Assembly: GCA_051294375.1 (NCBI GenBank)
Contig: CM119265.1
Span: forward strand, 1,666,280 to 1,730,279
Direction: 5' to 3'
From: Paraspadella gotoi
Lineage: Eukaryota; Animalia; Chaetognatha
Length of the DNA stretch: 64,000 nucleotides
Made by a program: the position numbers and the translations under genes. Positions 45,811 through 58,720 of this stretch are shown piece after piece. Under the pieces are notes generated by a model that was not told where the DNA came from, did not search any database, and saw only the letters and a list, made by a program, of their open reading frames with translations. Position 1 is the first letter of the stretch. Every line of letters begins with the position of its first letter.

Positions 45811-46999
45811 AAGGCCAACAATAATTCTAATAACTTAACTAAATATAAAATTTAAATTAGAACGTTTTTCTATTCTAAGTAAAATTTTAGCCTAAATGAA
45901 AACAGAACAACAGAAAACTGAAAATGATAAAAATATTAATTATATCTAACAACAAACTAGACAATGGGAGAGGCTAAAAATTATAAGAATACTAAGAAAA
46001 ATGACGATAACTTTGACAAAATATAGTAAAGAGAAAGAAAAATTACCAAACCCAGATTTTAACGAGGGGACAAAAAGTAGGACTTATTTATTGTGTTTAT
46101 CTGCTTAAAGATTTGAAAGTTTTGTCAGTGTTGATTTTAAGGTTTAAATTTTATTTTTTGAAATATTTTGAAAAATATCTATTATTGAAAGTTTCATAAC
46201 ATTTTTATTTTCTAGAAAGGATCGTCAATTTTATAAATGTTTATCAAGTACAAAGGGTAAATATATTTTTGCTTTAATTATTTTTAAATTTATTACTAAT
46301 GATTAAAAGAATTTAATCCCTAATAAGTAACGACCTGATTATTCCAGATTCTATCGTAAATTAATTCAAAATATACTTGCATTGAGTAAGTAAAAGTGCA
46401 TGCAAACCATTATAGTAGATGTAAGAAAAAAATCATTTAAAAATACGCAACCATGCAATAAATATTTTTATTATTATGTAAACACACATGCTGTCAAAAT
46501 ATGATGTCATTCCGCTTAAAAATGCAGTTTTGTTTCAGTTTTCTACTAATAATCACAAAATTAACGTAAAAGTTTCTATTGATATTAGGAACTAGCAATG
46601 AAGCTAATGGTCGTTCAAGATTGCAATAAGAGACAAATAGACAAAGGATTGAAGTCAATGACATAAAAAAAAACAAATAATTGATGTTTAGAGTTTTTTG
46701 TGGGATCAAGTATTTCCTTCTACTAAAAAGATTTTTAAATCTAACCCCACAAAAAATATATGTAAAAAAAACACATTTTCGATAAAAAGAGGATATCTTG
46801 TCTCAAAATATAAAAACAGAAAAAAAAGAATCAAAACATTGTCATAAGAAACAAAAACATTGTCATATGGAAACACAAGGAAGAAAAACATTTTCGAAAC
46901 GGAAAACCGAGTTGACTTTTTGGCCTTATTTACCCAGAACGCCCTATTTCACCTTAAATTCGGAATTAGATAAAAAATTTTAGTTTGAGATAAAATAAG

Positions 47000-47160
47000 A
47001 GTTTAGGGTTAGGAATTAGGTTAGTGATTAAAGTTAGGTATCAGGTTAGTGATTGGGGTTAGGGATTAAGGTTTAAGGTTTAAGCTTAGTATTAGAAATT
47101 AAGGATAAAAGTTTAAGGTTTGGGTTTAGGGTTAGCGACAAGGTTTAAGGGTTGAGTTAT
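47000..47160 (+). repeat. Degenerate TTAGGG-like tract
   Basis: GTTTAGGGTTAGG, GGGGTTAGGG, GGGTTTAGGGTTAG. Confidence 0.6.
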
Positions 47161-47200
47161 GACTTTAAAAATATATTCAAAGTAAATATTAAAATTTAAA

Positions 47201-50200
47201 TTAAATTCCAGGATAAAGGAATAAAAAGAGAGTCAAAAACAGAAATGGGGCGCTCTGGGAAACTAGAGCCCACTTTTTATCCATGAAAAGAGAAAATAAA
47301 CAAGAAAGATCTTTGAACTCACCGCCGGTTTGAGAAGTCTTTGCCAGAGTCGATGCCATCTGTGACGGATTGTTTGCCAGAGTCGATACCATCTTTGAAG
47401 GATCGTTAACCAGAGTCGATACCATCTGTGATGAATTGTTTGCCAGAGTCGATGCCATCTTTGATGGATCCTTGGCCAGAGTCAATGCCATCTGTGATGT
47501 AATTTTTGCCAGAGTCGATGCCATCTGTGATTGAGTTTTTGCCAGAGTCGATGCCATCTGTGATGTATTTTTTGCCAGAGTCGATGCCATCTGTGATTGA
47601 GTGTTTGCCAGAGTCGATGACATCTGTGATGGATTGTTTGCCAGAGTCGATGCTAACTGTGACGGATCGTTTGCCATCTGTGACGGTTTTTTTACCGATA
47701 TAATTTTCACCAGTGACGGTTTTTTTGTAGCTGTTATCTTTAAGTAATTCTTTTCTTCATTCTTTTCATTTTTAGGATTTTCTTCTTTCGCCCTCACGAC
47801 GGACCTATCGCTCTTTCCAAAAACCATTTTTTCTTTTTTATCACTCATTTTATCCTCCATTTTATCACCTATTTTATCCTCCATTTTGTCTTCCTTATCG
47901 GAGATTTTATCGTCTTTTTTATTGTTTATTTCGTTCGATCCGTATTTCTCGCTCGAACGATTCAAAGTCGGAAAAGACATCTCGGCTTTACCGAATATAT
48001 TTTTCGTTATAACGAATTTTTTCTCGGATTTCGGTCGGGGCTTTGCGTTCGTTTCATGATCGCCGATAAAGCCAGCGACGGTACTTTTTCTATCGGCAGC
48101 TCCGGATTTTCTATCGGCAGCGTCGCTTGGTTTATCGGCGCCGGTCGTTCTTTTATCGGCGCCGGTCGTTCTTTTATCGGCCACGTAGAAATTAAAAGAT
48201 TCTAGTTTGTTCTCCGAATTTTTTATCGTCGTTTGACTCTTGATTCTTCGGTTAGGAAATCTTTTCGATGCGAAGTTGTTATCGATTTTTTGAGATGATG
48301 TTTTCATATTGTCATCGCTCGCCTTTTCATCATTGCGCGCAATTTTATCATTTCGCGCCTTTTCTTCATCGCGCGCCTTTTCGTTATTACGCGCCGTTTT
48401 ATTGTTGAGCTCTTTTTCATTTATTAATTTTAACTCATTTGTAAATTTATTATTTTTGGATTTAGGATCAGATATTTTAGTATTTTTATCTTTTTTGCCA
48501 GGCTCGTAGGATAGCGCTTTATCTTTAGACTTTCTGTGAATCTTTTTATTAAAGGATAGTTTGTTGGTCGTATTATTATTGAAGGATAGTTGGTTAGTCG
48601 TATTATCAATAACATCTTTTGCCTCTTTTATTGATATTTTTCTTTGGTTTAATGATTTAGTTTCCTTTTTTAAAATATTTATTTTTTCATTATTTAGAAC
48701 CTTAAATTTGACTTTAATTGTATTTTCATTTAAATATGTTTTCTTATTAATAAGTTTCTTAGGTTCGTTTTTGAATTGCAATACCTTTTCCTCTTTCGGT
48801 GCTTTTTTCACATGAGTTGCTGTCTCATTTCTTGGCACCTTTCTATCTTTAGGCGCCTTTCTATCTTTAAGCGCCTTTATATCTTTAGGCGCCTTTCCAT
48901 CTTCACGCGCCTTTTCCTCTTCATCTAGTTTCTCTTTCAATTTCGTGTTTCTAATTTTAGATTCTTTTTCTCTTTCACTTTTAATTTTCGATTCGTTAAG
49001 AGTAAAATCGACTCCGTGATTCATTTTAAAAATCTTTTCATTTTTAGGTTTAACTTTTGCTTCATTATTCATTTTCGGCGGAGAATGAATCACATTTTCG
49101 TCTTCTCCTTTATTTTCAGTTTTGTTTGATCTTTTGTTGAGATCTTCAACTTTTTTATCTCGACTTGTCTCCTTCAAACCTTCCGTGTCCCTTTTATGCT
49201 GCCTCCTTGTCCCACCTTCGTCCATTTTATCGTCCATTTTCGTCCCTTTCGTATCCATTTCACGATCCATTCTCACCTTCCCCATTACGTTCATTTTATC
49301 TTTCTTTTCCCTTTTGTTTATTCTACGACTTTTTTTCAACTTCCGCCATCTATCGTCGACTTTCTCGTTTGTCTTTTCTCTTCTCTTTTCTCTTTTATCT
49401 TTTGTTTTCTTTTTTACTTTTTTTCTTTCTTCCCGCATTTTGAGTGAATCAACTTTTTCTATTTTTCGCCCAGATCTTTTCTCTAATTTGTCCATTTTGT
49501 CTTCCATTTTGTCCAATTTGTCCATTTTGTCTTCTATTTTGTCCAATTTGTCCATTTTGTCTTGTATTTTGTCCAATTTGTCCATTTTGTCTTCCATTTT
49601 GTCCAATTTATCCATTTTGTCTTCCATTTTGTCCATTTCTTTTTTCCATTTATCTTTCTTTCTTTCTCCCTCCCTCGATTTAAACTCGATCAACTTTTTT
49701 CTCTCATTTTTCATTTTTCTTTTCTTTTTTTCTTTCTTTTTCCAATTGTCCATTTTTTCTCCGCCATTTTTCTTTATCCCTTCTCCCGTCCATTTTCTCT
49801 TCCCTTTTTTGTCCTTTTTCCCTTTTGTTTTCTCAATTCTTCCCTCATTTTCTTTCCCTTTCGTTTTCTTCCATTTTTGAGGCGATTTTCTTTCCATGTC
49901 ATCCATTTTTCCATTTGATTCGTTATTCTTCCCTTTTTTATTTTCCATTTTTCCATTTGATTCGTTATTCTTCCCTTTTTTATTTTCCATTTTTCCATTT
50001 GATTCTTTATTCCTCCCTTTTTCATTTTCTATTTTTCCATTTGATTCTTTATTCTTCCCTTTTTCATTTTCCATTTTTCCATTTGATTCTTTATTCTTCC
50101 CTTTTTCATTTTCCATTTTTGGTGAATTTTTAAAATTAACCAAATCATTTTTTTCTTTGTCCTTCGCTGTTCGATCGGCTAGGACAAACTTGTGAGTCTC

Positions 50201-50503
50201 TTTCAGGCTTTGTCCATTTTCGATGTCCATCGCCACCAACTTGTCTATTTTGTCCACATTCTTGTCCATGTTGTCCATTTTGTTTACATCCTTGTCCATT
50301 TTGTCCATTTTCTTTAAAATAGTCGACGCAGAAAATCCGTCGAGAAAATAGAAAAGGATCGCAACGATGAGGAAGCGATTGAGGAAGCGGTAGGAGTTGA
50401 AGGAGCGGTAGCGGAAGCGGTCACGGGAGCGGAAGAGGTCGGGGGAGCGGTCGCTGGAGCGATCGAAGTCAAAACCGCCAGCGGTTCGAAGTCGATTCGC
50501 CAT
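47201..50503 (-). CDS. Large Lys/Asp/Glu-rich repeat protein with an N-terminal hydrophobic segment (giant exon, probably spliced at 47323)
   Basis: 3.3-kb stop-free frame in AT-rich DNA, in-frame 30-, 33- and 42-bp repeats, and FLIVAILFYFLDGFSA signal/anchor. Strong donor G|GTGAGT at 47323/47322 and a phase-compatible terminal exon candidate at 45304-45323 (ASKKKK*). Confidence 0.75.
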   Translation of the reverse strand: MANRLRTAGGFDFDRSSDRSPDLFRSRDRFRYRSFNSYRFLNRFLIVAILFYFLDGFSASTILKKMDKMDKDVNKMDNMDKNVDKIDKLVAMDIENGQSLKETHKFVLADRTAKDKEKNDLVNFKNSPKMENEKGKNKESNGKMENEKGKNKESNGKIENEKGRNKESNGKMENKKGKNNESNGKMENKKGKNNESNGKMDDMERKSPQKWKKTKGKENEGRIEKTKGKKDKKGKRKWTGEGIKKNGGEKMDNWKKKEKKKRKMKNERKKLIEFKSREGERKKDKWKKEMDKMEDKMDKLDKMEDKMDKLDKIQDKMDKLDKIEDKMDKLDKMEDKMDKLEKRSGRKIEKVDSLKMREERKKVKKKTKDKREKRREKTNEKVDDRWRKLKKSRRINKREKKDKMNVMGKVRMDREMDTKGTKMDDKMDEGGTRRQHKRDTEGLKETSRDKKVEDLNKRSNKTENKGEDENVIHSPPKMNNEAKVKPKNEKIFKMNHGVDFTLNESKIKSEREKESKIRNTKLKEKLDEEEKAREDGKAPKDIKALKDRKAPKDRKVPRNETATHVKKAPKEEKVLQFKNEPKKLINKKTYLNENTIKVKFKVLNNEKINILKKETKSLNQRKISIKEAKDVIDNTTNQLSFNNNTTNKLSFNKKIHRKSKDKALSYEPGKKDKNTKISDPKSKNNKFTNELKLINEKELNNKTARNNEKARDEEKARNDKIARNDEKASDDNMKTSSQKIDNNFASKRFPNRRIKSQTTIKNSENKLESFNFYVADKRTTGADKRTTGADKPSDAADRKSGAADRKSTVAGFIGDHETNAKPRPKSEKKFVITKNIFGKAEMSFPTLNRSSEKYGSNEINNKKDDKISDKEDKMEDKIGDKMEDKMSDKKEKMVFGKSDRSVVRAKEENPKNEKNEEKNYLKITATKKPSLVKIISVKKPSQMANDPSQLASTLANNPSQMSSTLANTQSQMASTLAKNTSQMASTLAKTQSQMASTLAKITSQMALTLAKDPSKMASTLANNSSQMVSTLVNDPSKMVSTLANNPSQMASTLAKTSQTGGEFKDLSCLFSLFMDKKWALVSQSAPFLFLTLFLFLYPGI

Positions 50504-51400
50504 TTTTCGTCGTCGTCGTCGTCGTCTTTTTTTAAGCTTCTCCTTCCAGCGGAGAAGTTAAGAGGAAAATATTCATTGTAGTTCTTGTTGTCGTTGTTGT
50601 TGTTGTTGTTTTTGATGTTCTTTTTGTTGTTGTCGTCGTTGTTATTGTTTTTTTTGTTGTTTTTTTGTTTATTTACACGAGTATCGAGTAATGAAGAGTA
50701 AAAAAGGCCTTCAGTTAATAAATTAGCTTTTTAAGCTTACGGTTTGGGTTGTGGATTCGGCTGTGGTTCCGTTGTGGTTGCGTTGTGGTTCTTCAAGTGG
50801 TTGTTATCGTTGTTGTAGCAGCGAAAGACTTCGAAATAAATGTACAGACATATTCTTTTCTTTAGTAACAATTGACATAAAATATTAAGTTTTAGTTTTA
50901 TTTATTTATGTTTTTAAAAAAAGTTCCTTTATTTTTCGCACACATTTTTTTTGATTGGTAGTTGTGGTAGTTGATATAATTAATTAATTAATTAATTAAT
51001 TGATTAATTAATTAATTATGAGTTTGCGTTTTATTCTTTGGTTAAAATCGACGAAGGCAAAGGTTTTTTTTTGGTTTTTTTTGGTTGTTCTTATTTTTTA
51101 AGTTACAAAATCTGTGATTCGTTGTGTCATATTTAGCACAAGATCTTTGTTTTTTGGGGTTTTACCTGTAAAATACACAAAAAATTAACGTTTAATTAGA
51201 GAAAAAAATATTGTAAAAGTTTAATTTTTCAAACAAAATTTAAGTGAAAAAAAGAATAGAAAAAAAGTAAAGGAACTATAAATATTTGTAATTAAAAATA
51301 AACCGGAAATTTTAAAAAAATATGGAAATAAAGAACGAAAATGATTTTCTCGTTAGCGGAAAATCTCACAAAGACTGAGAGCTTATCACGAGAGAGAGAG

Positions 51401-51473
<73 letters not shown>

Positions 51474-51584
51474 TGCTAACGGAGTAAAAGGAAGGAAAAA
51501 GACAGAGAATATTCCTCTCTCTCTCTCTCTGGCTGTCTCCCGTATTCCTAAATATGGAACGGATATCGTCGTTAAAAAATACAA

Positions 51585-51935
51585 TAAAAAACATGGCGGA
51601 TCGTGAAAAATCCCGAGTCGCCTCATCCGATTGGCCGACGCTCACGTCGAAACGTTCTCTGATTGGTCGATGACTAAAAGGAAGCTTCATCATTGGTCCG
51701 CGATTGTATTCTCAAATGGTCGATGTCGCTGATTGGTCAATGACCGAAGCCTAGACTCTACGCGATCTTTGATTGGCTCTTAGTCGACGACTAGGATTTT
51801 TAAGCTCTCTGATTGGCGGAACGATATTCCGCGGACGTCTGTTGCGTTTTCGTCCATCCCTCCATCCTCTGCTCTCGTCCTCTGGCTTCCTCTCCATATG
51901 GAAACCAACTTGAAGCGCGTTCTGACGTCATGATC
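51585..51935. promoter_or_regulatory. CpG-rich promoter-like region with six CCAAT boxes, a CRE and a YY1-like motif
   Basis: ATTGG at 51630, 51662, 51692, 51732, 51772 and 51812; TGACGTCA at about 51923; AACATGGCGG at about 51590. Confidence 0.6.
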
Positions 51936-51946
51936 TTAAATCGCGT

Positions 51947-52011
<65 letters not shown>

Positions 52012-52346
52012 CTTCTTTTCTTTCTTTCCTCTTTCTTTCTTTAAAACTTATTTTCTCTCTCTCTTTTCTTTCTTTTCTTTCTTTCTTTTTTTTTCTCTCT
52101 TTTATCTTTCTTTCTTTGTCTTTTTTTGGTTTCGTTTTTTTATCTTTCTTTCAGTCTGTCTGTCTTTCTGTCTACTTTCTCTCTGTCTCTTTTTTCTGTC
52201 TCAATCTATCTATCTCTCTCTCTCTCTCTCTCTGGTTCCGGTGAAATGGCCACGTGAACGGAAGCCGGAGGAAGTCGCGAATTCACCTCGAGAGGGAGAA
52301 TGATAGAGAGGGAGTCACGCTCTCGCTGACGGACGATAACAGATGG

Positions 52347-52415
<69 letters not shown>

Positions 52416-53679
52416 AATGATCACTTATGCTTTATTCATAAAGCGGTTAAAAGTGAAGAATTTATGGGATTTAAAACACAGACTAGCGGTCTGTCCGTCT
52501 GTCCGTCTGCCCGTCTGTCCGTCTGTCTGTCTGGTCTATCGTTCTCTCAGAGAAATTCGTCTTTATCATATTTATTATTTATTACCATGCGAGTAATTTA
52601 GATTCTGAGGCGAAACGAACTTTTTTTCTTTCTTTTTTACATTTATTCTTTCTTTCTTTTTTTCTCTCTTTCTATTACTGATTTAATTTTTCTTTTGTCG
52701 CATTCCCCCTCTCTTCCTCCTTCCCTCCCTCTCTCCCTCCTTCCCTTCCTCCTCCCTTCCTCCTTTCCTCCCTCTATCCCTCCTTCCCTTCCTCCCTCTC
52801 CTCCTCCTCTCCCTCTCATCTCTCTCCCCCATTTTCTCTTCCTCCCCCTCTTCCTCTTTTAACCAAACAAGTCGCCATCTGTCGGAGATTTCTTTGTTCT
52901 TTTGTTAATTCTTTTCTTTTCTTTACTTTTTTGTTCCTTTTGATAAGTTTTGTTGATGATATTCAATATTTAAATCAGTTGGCTCTTGTCTAGGGTACTT
53001 CTCCTTTGTATATCTTCTCGAACAAAATTTTATTTTCGTTTAGATTAATTTTTAATTATTATGTTCCTATTTTTTAATAACATAAATGATAACAAAAATA
53101 GAAATGTTTAGAAAATTTACAAAGTTTCGAACCCGAAGAAAAACGAAAAAAAAATTTAGGCTACAAAATCTAAAAATGTTTTTCTTTTTTTTTATGTACG
53201 AAATGATATAAGATAAAAACAGTTAAAAATTACTTAAGTTGAAATACCCAAAATGTGTTTTGCCAACGAAATTCTTGATAAGGTCGTAATCTGTCACAAG
53301 AGGTGAGTTTAACATCTCACTTGTCTCACAGTTTCACTCCAACTCGGGGCAGCCGTGTGAGTAAGGATAATGCTTGGTGTGCTCGATGGGTAAGGTCAAT
53401 GCTTGATTTCGCCCCCTCAGGGTACCAATTAAATTAAAGGTAAATTATTGATAGAAAAATATTAATTTTGATTTAACCTACAGCGCCCAATGAAACTTCT
53501 GGATTATATTACCCATCAGCCAAAGGATCACCCACTGATCGCTCGCCCATCAACTATGAAACCTGTGAGAGATTAAGAGACCAATCAGCTTCGAGAATGA
53601 GCAGCCAGTCATTGATGGAAGGATTTGATTGGTCAAAGATCGAAAGCGATCGAGGAGACGACGACGACGATGACGACGA

Positions 53680-53716
<37 letters not shown>

Positions 53717-53792
53717 TACTTCACCATAGATTAAAATTTTTTCGCCAAAATTTTTTTTTTCCGAAAAAAGTTGATTTGTGGTTAAGAAAATA

Positions 53793-53843
<51 letters not shown>

Positions 53844-55159
53844 ATCTAGTTTTGCAATCGCTCAAATCGTTGATGATGATGATGATGATGATGATAATCG
53901 ATCAAACAGGATCGGAAAAGTGTGAAGCAAAAAGAATCAAAAAATGTTATCTCCACTTAATTTAATTTAAAACGCAGAATCTTTCACGTTTTTAATGAAT
54001 ATTTTATTTGTGTAAAACATTTTTTACGATTTGAATGTACATACAATTAATCATAATTAATGTTATGAAGTAAACAAAATAAAAAAAGAAAAAGAAGAAA
54101 AATTTATAAATTTTTGTTATTTAAAGGAAAAAATCATCATCTTCATCGTCGTCGTCGTCGTCTTCATCGTCGTCGTCGTCGTCGTCATTTCAACAGTGGT
54201 CGAAATTTGCAACAGATGATGGTGTTTTATTGAACATCATTGCAAAAACAACCGTGAAATATTGGGTACGAAGAATAAATCTTTTCTTTAAAGATGAATC
54301 TTTTTTTTTTAATTCGTTCAATTTTCTTCTCGTTTTTATTATCGTCGGTTTTACCAAGCAAAGTCAGTTTGATTGGTTATAATTGATTGGCTCAAGATGA
54401 AAATAGTTTATTTGTTTTCAACTCTTAAAAACTCGATTGCTCTTTGTACAAATGATAATTTTAACAATGTAATATCGAGACGTAATTTGCGACATTGTAA
54501 CGTTGTAATATCTTATTTATTAGTTATTATGTACCTTGTCTTATTACAATATACATTGTCTCCCAGAAATTCTTTAACTCGGGAGTAAATTAATTGTTTT
54601 TGACGAATAACTTTATTCGATAGTGTAATATTAATAATAATAATAACTTTATTCGATATTATCCTTTCGTTTCGTTGTGATATAAGATTAGCAAAGTGAT
54701 TAGTTTTGTTACAAAATATTACGAATAACTTGTATTAAAATTTAAATTAGTATGTCGAAATTATTGTCATATTGTTATAAAATAATTATGAATCCTTCAA
54801 ACCATTTAACATAAATAAAGTGTGATTTGTAGACGGCAAAAATAAAAATAAAAAGCGTAAATATTTTAGTTGCACAAAAAAAATTCAGTATTACAATGTA
54901 TCTGTTATGAATTTACGATCATAAATCCCTCTAATAAAATAGTTCAGCAAAGCTATAAAAAAGAAATATGCAGCTAAGAACTAAAATTTTACTTTTCGTT
55001 CTTCTTCTTATGATTTTAATCATCTTCATCGTCGTTATAATCGTCGTCGTCGGAACCATCAGCTAAAATATATAAAAAAAAAAGAACAAACACGTGACAT
55101 AGTGAATCATACTGAATCATACTGAATCAAATATTTGTAAGCGAACATTGCAATATGTT

Positions 55160-55508
55160 CACCGGGCCTATAAGCACGACACCTTAAGTACTGGGATCGC
55201 TTCCCAATGGAACCTACCCTGCGGGGAAGCGCGAGGACGGCCGTAAACCACCTTGTGAGCGTGGAATACCCTCGAGCCTGGTTCCAAACCAAAGACTACT
55301 GAAGGAGTTAAAGAAGTTGCTATAGAGTGCTATCTGCAATTTGAAGGGATCCTGGGCTTGGAGCCAGGTTTGAGTGTTTTCCACGCTCCCCGAGACAGTT
55401 TATGGACTTTCATTCGATTCCGAGAAGTAGGCAGCATCGGGAATCGATCTCGGTACCTAATGGGCATGAGCTGATAGTATTACTCAACGAGCCACCGGTT
55501 CAAGACTA
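55160..55508. mobile_element. Two S1 SINE copies in tail-to-tail inverted orientation
   Basis: 55213-55285 (+) and 55359-55508 (-) both align to 21315-21456. Confidence 0.7.
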
Positions 55509-55700
55509 CAAGTGTAATGGATATAGACCGGATGAACTTGTCGCAATTCCCGACTACATATATTTGATCAAAACAGAAAAATGCATTAAAGGAAACAAAA
55601 CGGAACCGCCCCCCCTTTTCAATAAAAAGAAAAACAAAACCAAAAACACAAAACAGCCTCTTCCTCCTCCTCCTCTTCCTCCTCCTTATTCCATCGGACC

Positions 55701-56220
55701 ATGGGGGCGGAACTCTCCATCCCACTGGAATGCACCAACTTCGACACTGTGGAGGTTCGACGTTTGGCCAAAAGATTCAAGAAGTTGGACATCGACGGAA
55801 GCGGGAGCATCTCCCCCGAGGAATTCATGCAGCTGCCCGAGCTGAGATCGAATCCCATCGTGTCCAGGGTCATCAACATATTCGATAAGGGTGAGGGGGG
55901 ATTTGATTTGATTTGATTGATTGATTGATTGACTGGTCGATTGAATGATCGAGTGATATATTAATTTTCTGACTGATTGGTTGATTAATTGATTCGTCGA
56001 TCGGTTTAGTTATTGATTAATTGATTGATCGATTAATTGATTAATGATTGAATATTAATGTGATTTATTGATTGTTTTGTGATTATTTCTTTAATGAGTA
56101 ATGAAATTAATTATTCTTCTTGATGGATTTGTTGATTGATAAATTGCTTAGTGATTGATTTGTTGCAATAAATGTGATATGCGATATGATTGATCGCTTG
56201 ATTGTGAATGATTGATTGAT

Positions 56221-56257
<37 letters not shown>

Positions 56258-57124
56258 CCCGCAGACAACAACGGCGAAATCGACTTCAACGAATTCATTG
56301 AGGGTCTTTCACACTTCAGCGTCAAAAGTGAAAAAGACGAGAAACTCAGATTCGCCTTTCAAATCTATGACATCGATAAGGTATGTCATTAGTGATAAAG
56401 AGGGAGTATCAGTTCTGATATCGATATGGCCTGTCATTAGTGATAATGAGTGTTTCAGTTTTGATCTCGATAAGGTCTGTCATTAGAGATAACGAGAGAG
56501 TATCAGTTATGACATCGATAAGGTATGTCATTAGTGATAAAGAGATAGTATCAGTTCTGGCATCGATATCGCCTGTCATTAGAGATAATGAGAGTTTCAG
56601 TTTTGACTCTTAAACTCATGACTGCTAGGTACCGGGTTACATACTCATATACTTATATACTTACATTATTATATTGTATCAGTAAATGCTCTTTTTCCCG
56701 AAACCAATTTTTTTTAAATCTAATCTTTTCTGCTTCCATTCCTTCCCCTTCCTGCTCCTCCTCCCCCTCCTCCTCTTCCTGCTCCACCTCCTCCTCCTCT
56801 TCCTCCTCCTCCTCCTCCTCCTCCTCCTCCAGGACGGCTACATCTCAAGCGAGGAACTCTTCGCTGTCCTCAAACAGATGGTGGGAAATAATCTCAAGGA
56901 GTCGCAGTTGCAACAGGTGATTGATTGATTGATTGAGTAATTTATTAATTGATTAATTGATTAAATGATTGATTAAGGGATAGTTCGATTTTTTAATAGT
57001 GATTTTATGATGTCCGGAATGATTAATTTATTGATTGACATGATTAACTGATTGATTGAATGATTGATTAATATGTTTTTTATTTAGTTAACGGAATTAT
57101 TTATTTATTAGATTGATGGTTATA

Positions 57125-57199
<75 letters not shown>

Positions 57200-57334
57200 C
57201 CCCAGGTCGTGGACAAAACGATGATCTACGCTGATTCCGACGGCGACGGACGAATTTCTTACGACGAATTCACTACAATCTTGTTGCCTTACGTCAAGAA
57301 CGATTTGTACAGACGGATGGTCATAGATGTTTGA
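55701..57334 (+). CDS. PPP3R1: Calcineurin regulatory subunit B; exons 55701-55890, 56265-56380, 56833-56916, 57206-57334 (172 aa)
   Basis: MGAELS myristoylation-type start; [114 protein letters not shown]. Four EF-hands, all introns GT-AG with matching phases. Confidence 0.97.
56366..56606. repeat. 46-48-bp minisatellite x5 spanning the calcineurin B exon 2 donor
   Basis: Unit ATGACATCGATAAGGTATGTCATTAGTGATAAAGAG..AGTATCAGTT. Confidence 0.9.
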
Positions 57335-57997
57335 AGGAATATCTGTACAGACGGTTGGTCATAGAAAAAAAAATCTGTACAGACGGATAGCTTATTGATG
57401 TTTGAAAAATATATTTATAAATGAATATGTCCTAGATAGAAACATCTGTACGAAATATGAAATTTCATATGTATAGAATTGTAGATCAATACTTTTTTTG
57501 GTTGTTGAAAATACTTACCAAAAAAACATTACAACTGCTGAATGATAAGACGAGTTTCGTCGGTAAACAGTGTTAACGACGTGACTGTGAATTTTTTGTT
57601 TGTTTTGACCATCCGATATAACACCGTATTACAGAATGTTTTTCTTCCCCATCATTAAATGATCGCCCGATACTAATGTTTACAATCTTATGCTAAATTG
57701 CTAATTTATTCGAATTTCCAGGTTATGTGCCTTTCAATATTTGATTGTGATATGATTCTTAAAAATTGCGTGATTTTCGATGACAATTTTATTAATATTC
57801 GTAGTAAAGTTTTAGATAGAAACACAACAACCTGAGCAGAGTTAACTAATCTTAATGACGACGACGACGATGACAATTGTGAAAGTCAATGACGATCGAT
57901 GACGGTGAAAAACCCGGGCTTCTTCACCGATTTTATAAATCGCCGCCGTCAACGGTTCCTACTATTGTAAACACATTTTTGGTTCCCGAAGTTATCA

Positions 57998-58035
<38 letters not shown>

Positions 58036-58528
58036 CGGATATCTACAAATTAGATGGGATCGAGTCGAACTCAAAAGAGCAACGGAACTTAACAGAAAAA
58101 TTGGGGTTTTTTTACGATTTTCTGATAAAACATAAAAAAAACCGGAAATTGTTGTCGTCGTCGTCGTTTACATCGTCTTCATCCTCTGTCATCACTCTAT
58201 CAATTAATTTCACCAGTGGAAAAAGTTTTTTTTTCATTCTATACGTGATTATATCCGTTAGTCCGTTTCTTCATCCGTCAGTTTGTCCGGGATTTTTTTA
58301 AATATGGGTAAGGCAGATCTTCCGGTCCATGCATTCTTCAGTCTGTCCGTGAATTTTTTTTCCGTTTGTCCGTATAAATCTTTCTTCCCAATTGTTAATT
58401 TTCACCGAAACTTTCATGCGTGACTCGTCAAATCTGTGATTCCAGTCAATTTCACAACTTTAATTAATCGTGATTCATTCGGATTTTTCGCCAACGACGA
58501 AATTCCTCTCTCTCTCTCCCTCTCTCTC

Positions 58529-58571
<43 letters not shown>

Positions 58572-58720
58572 AAAGAGTCTTTTTCTGTGAAGACTCACAA
58601 TTCCGACCCGAAGACCGTCACTCGCGCGAAACAGTTTTTTTTTTCCACTTTTAAACTTCGACTCACAATTTGGTTTCACATTTCCTTTCACAAATCTCAC
58701 CGAAAAACCTCGGCTCATCG

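Noticed and set aside
47000-47160. Possible telomere or chromosome-fusion relic
   Set aside because: Short, highly degenerate and single-orientation; no head-to-head array.
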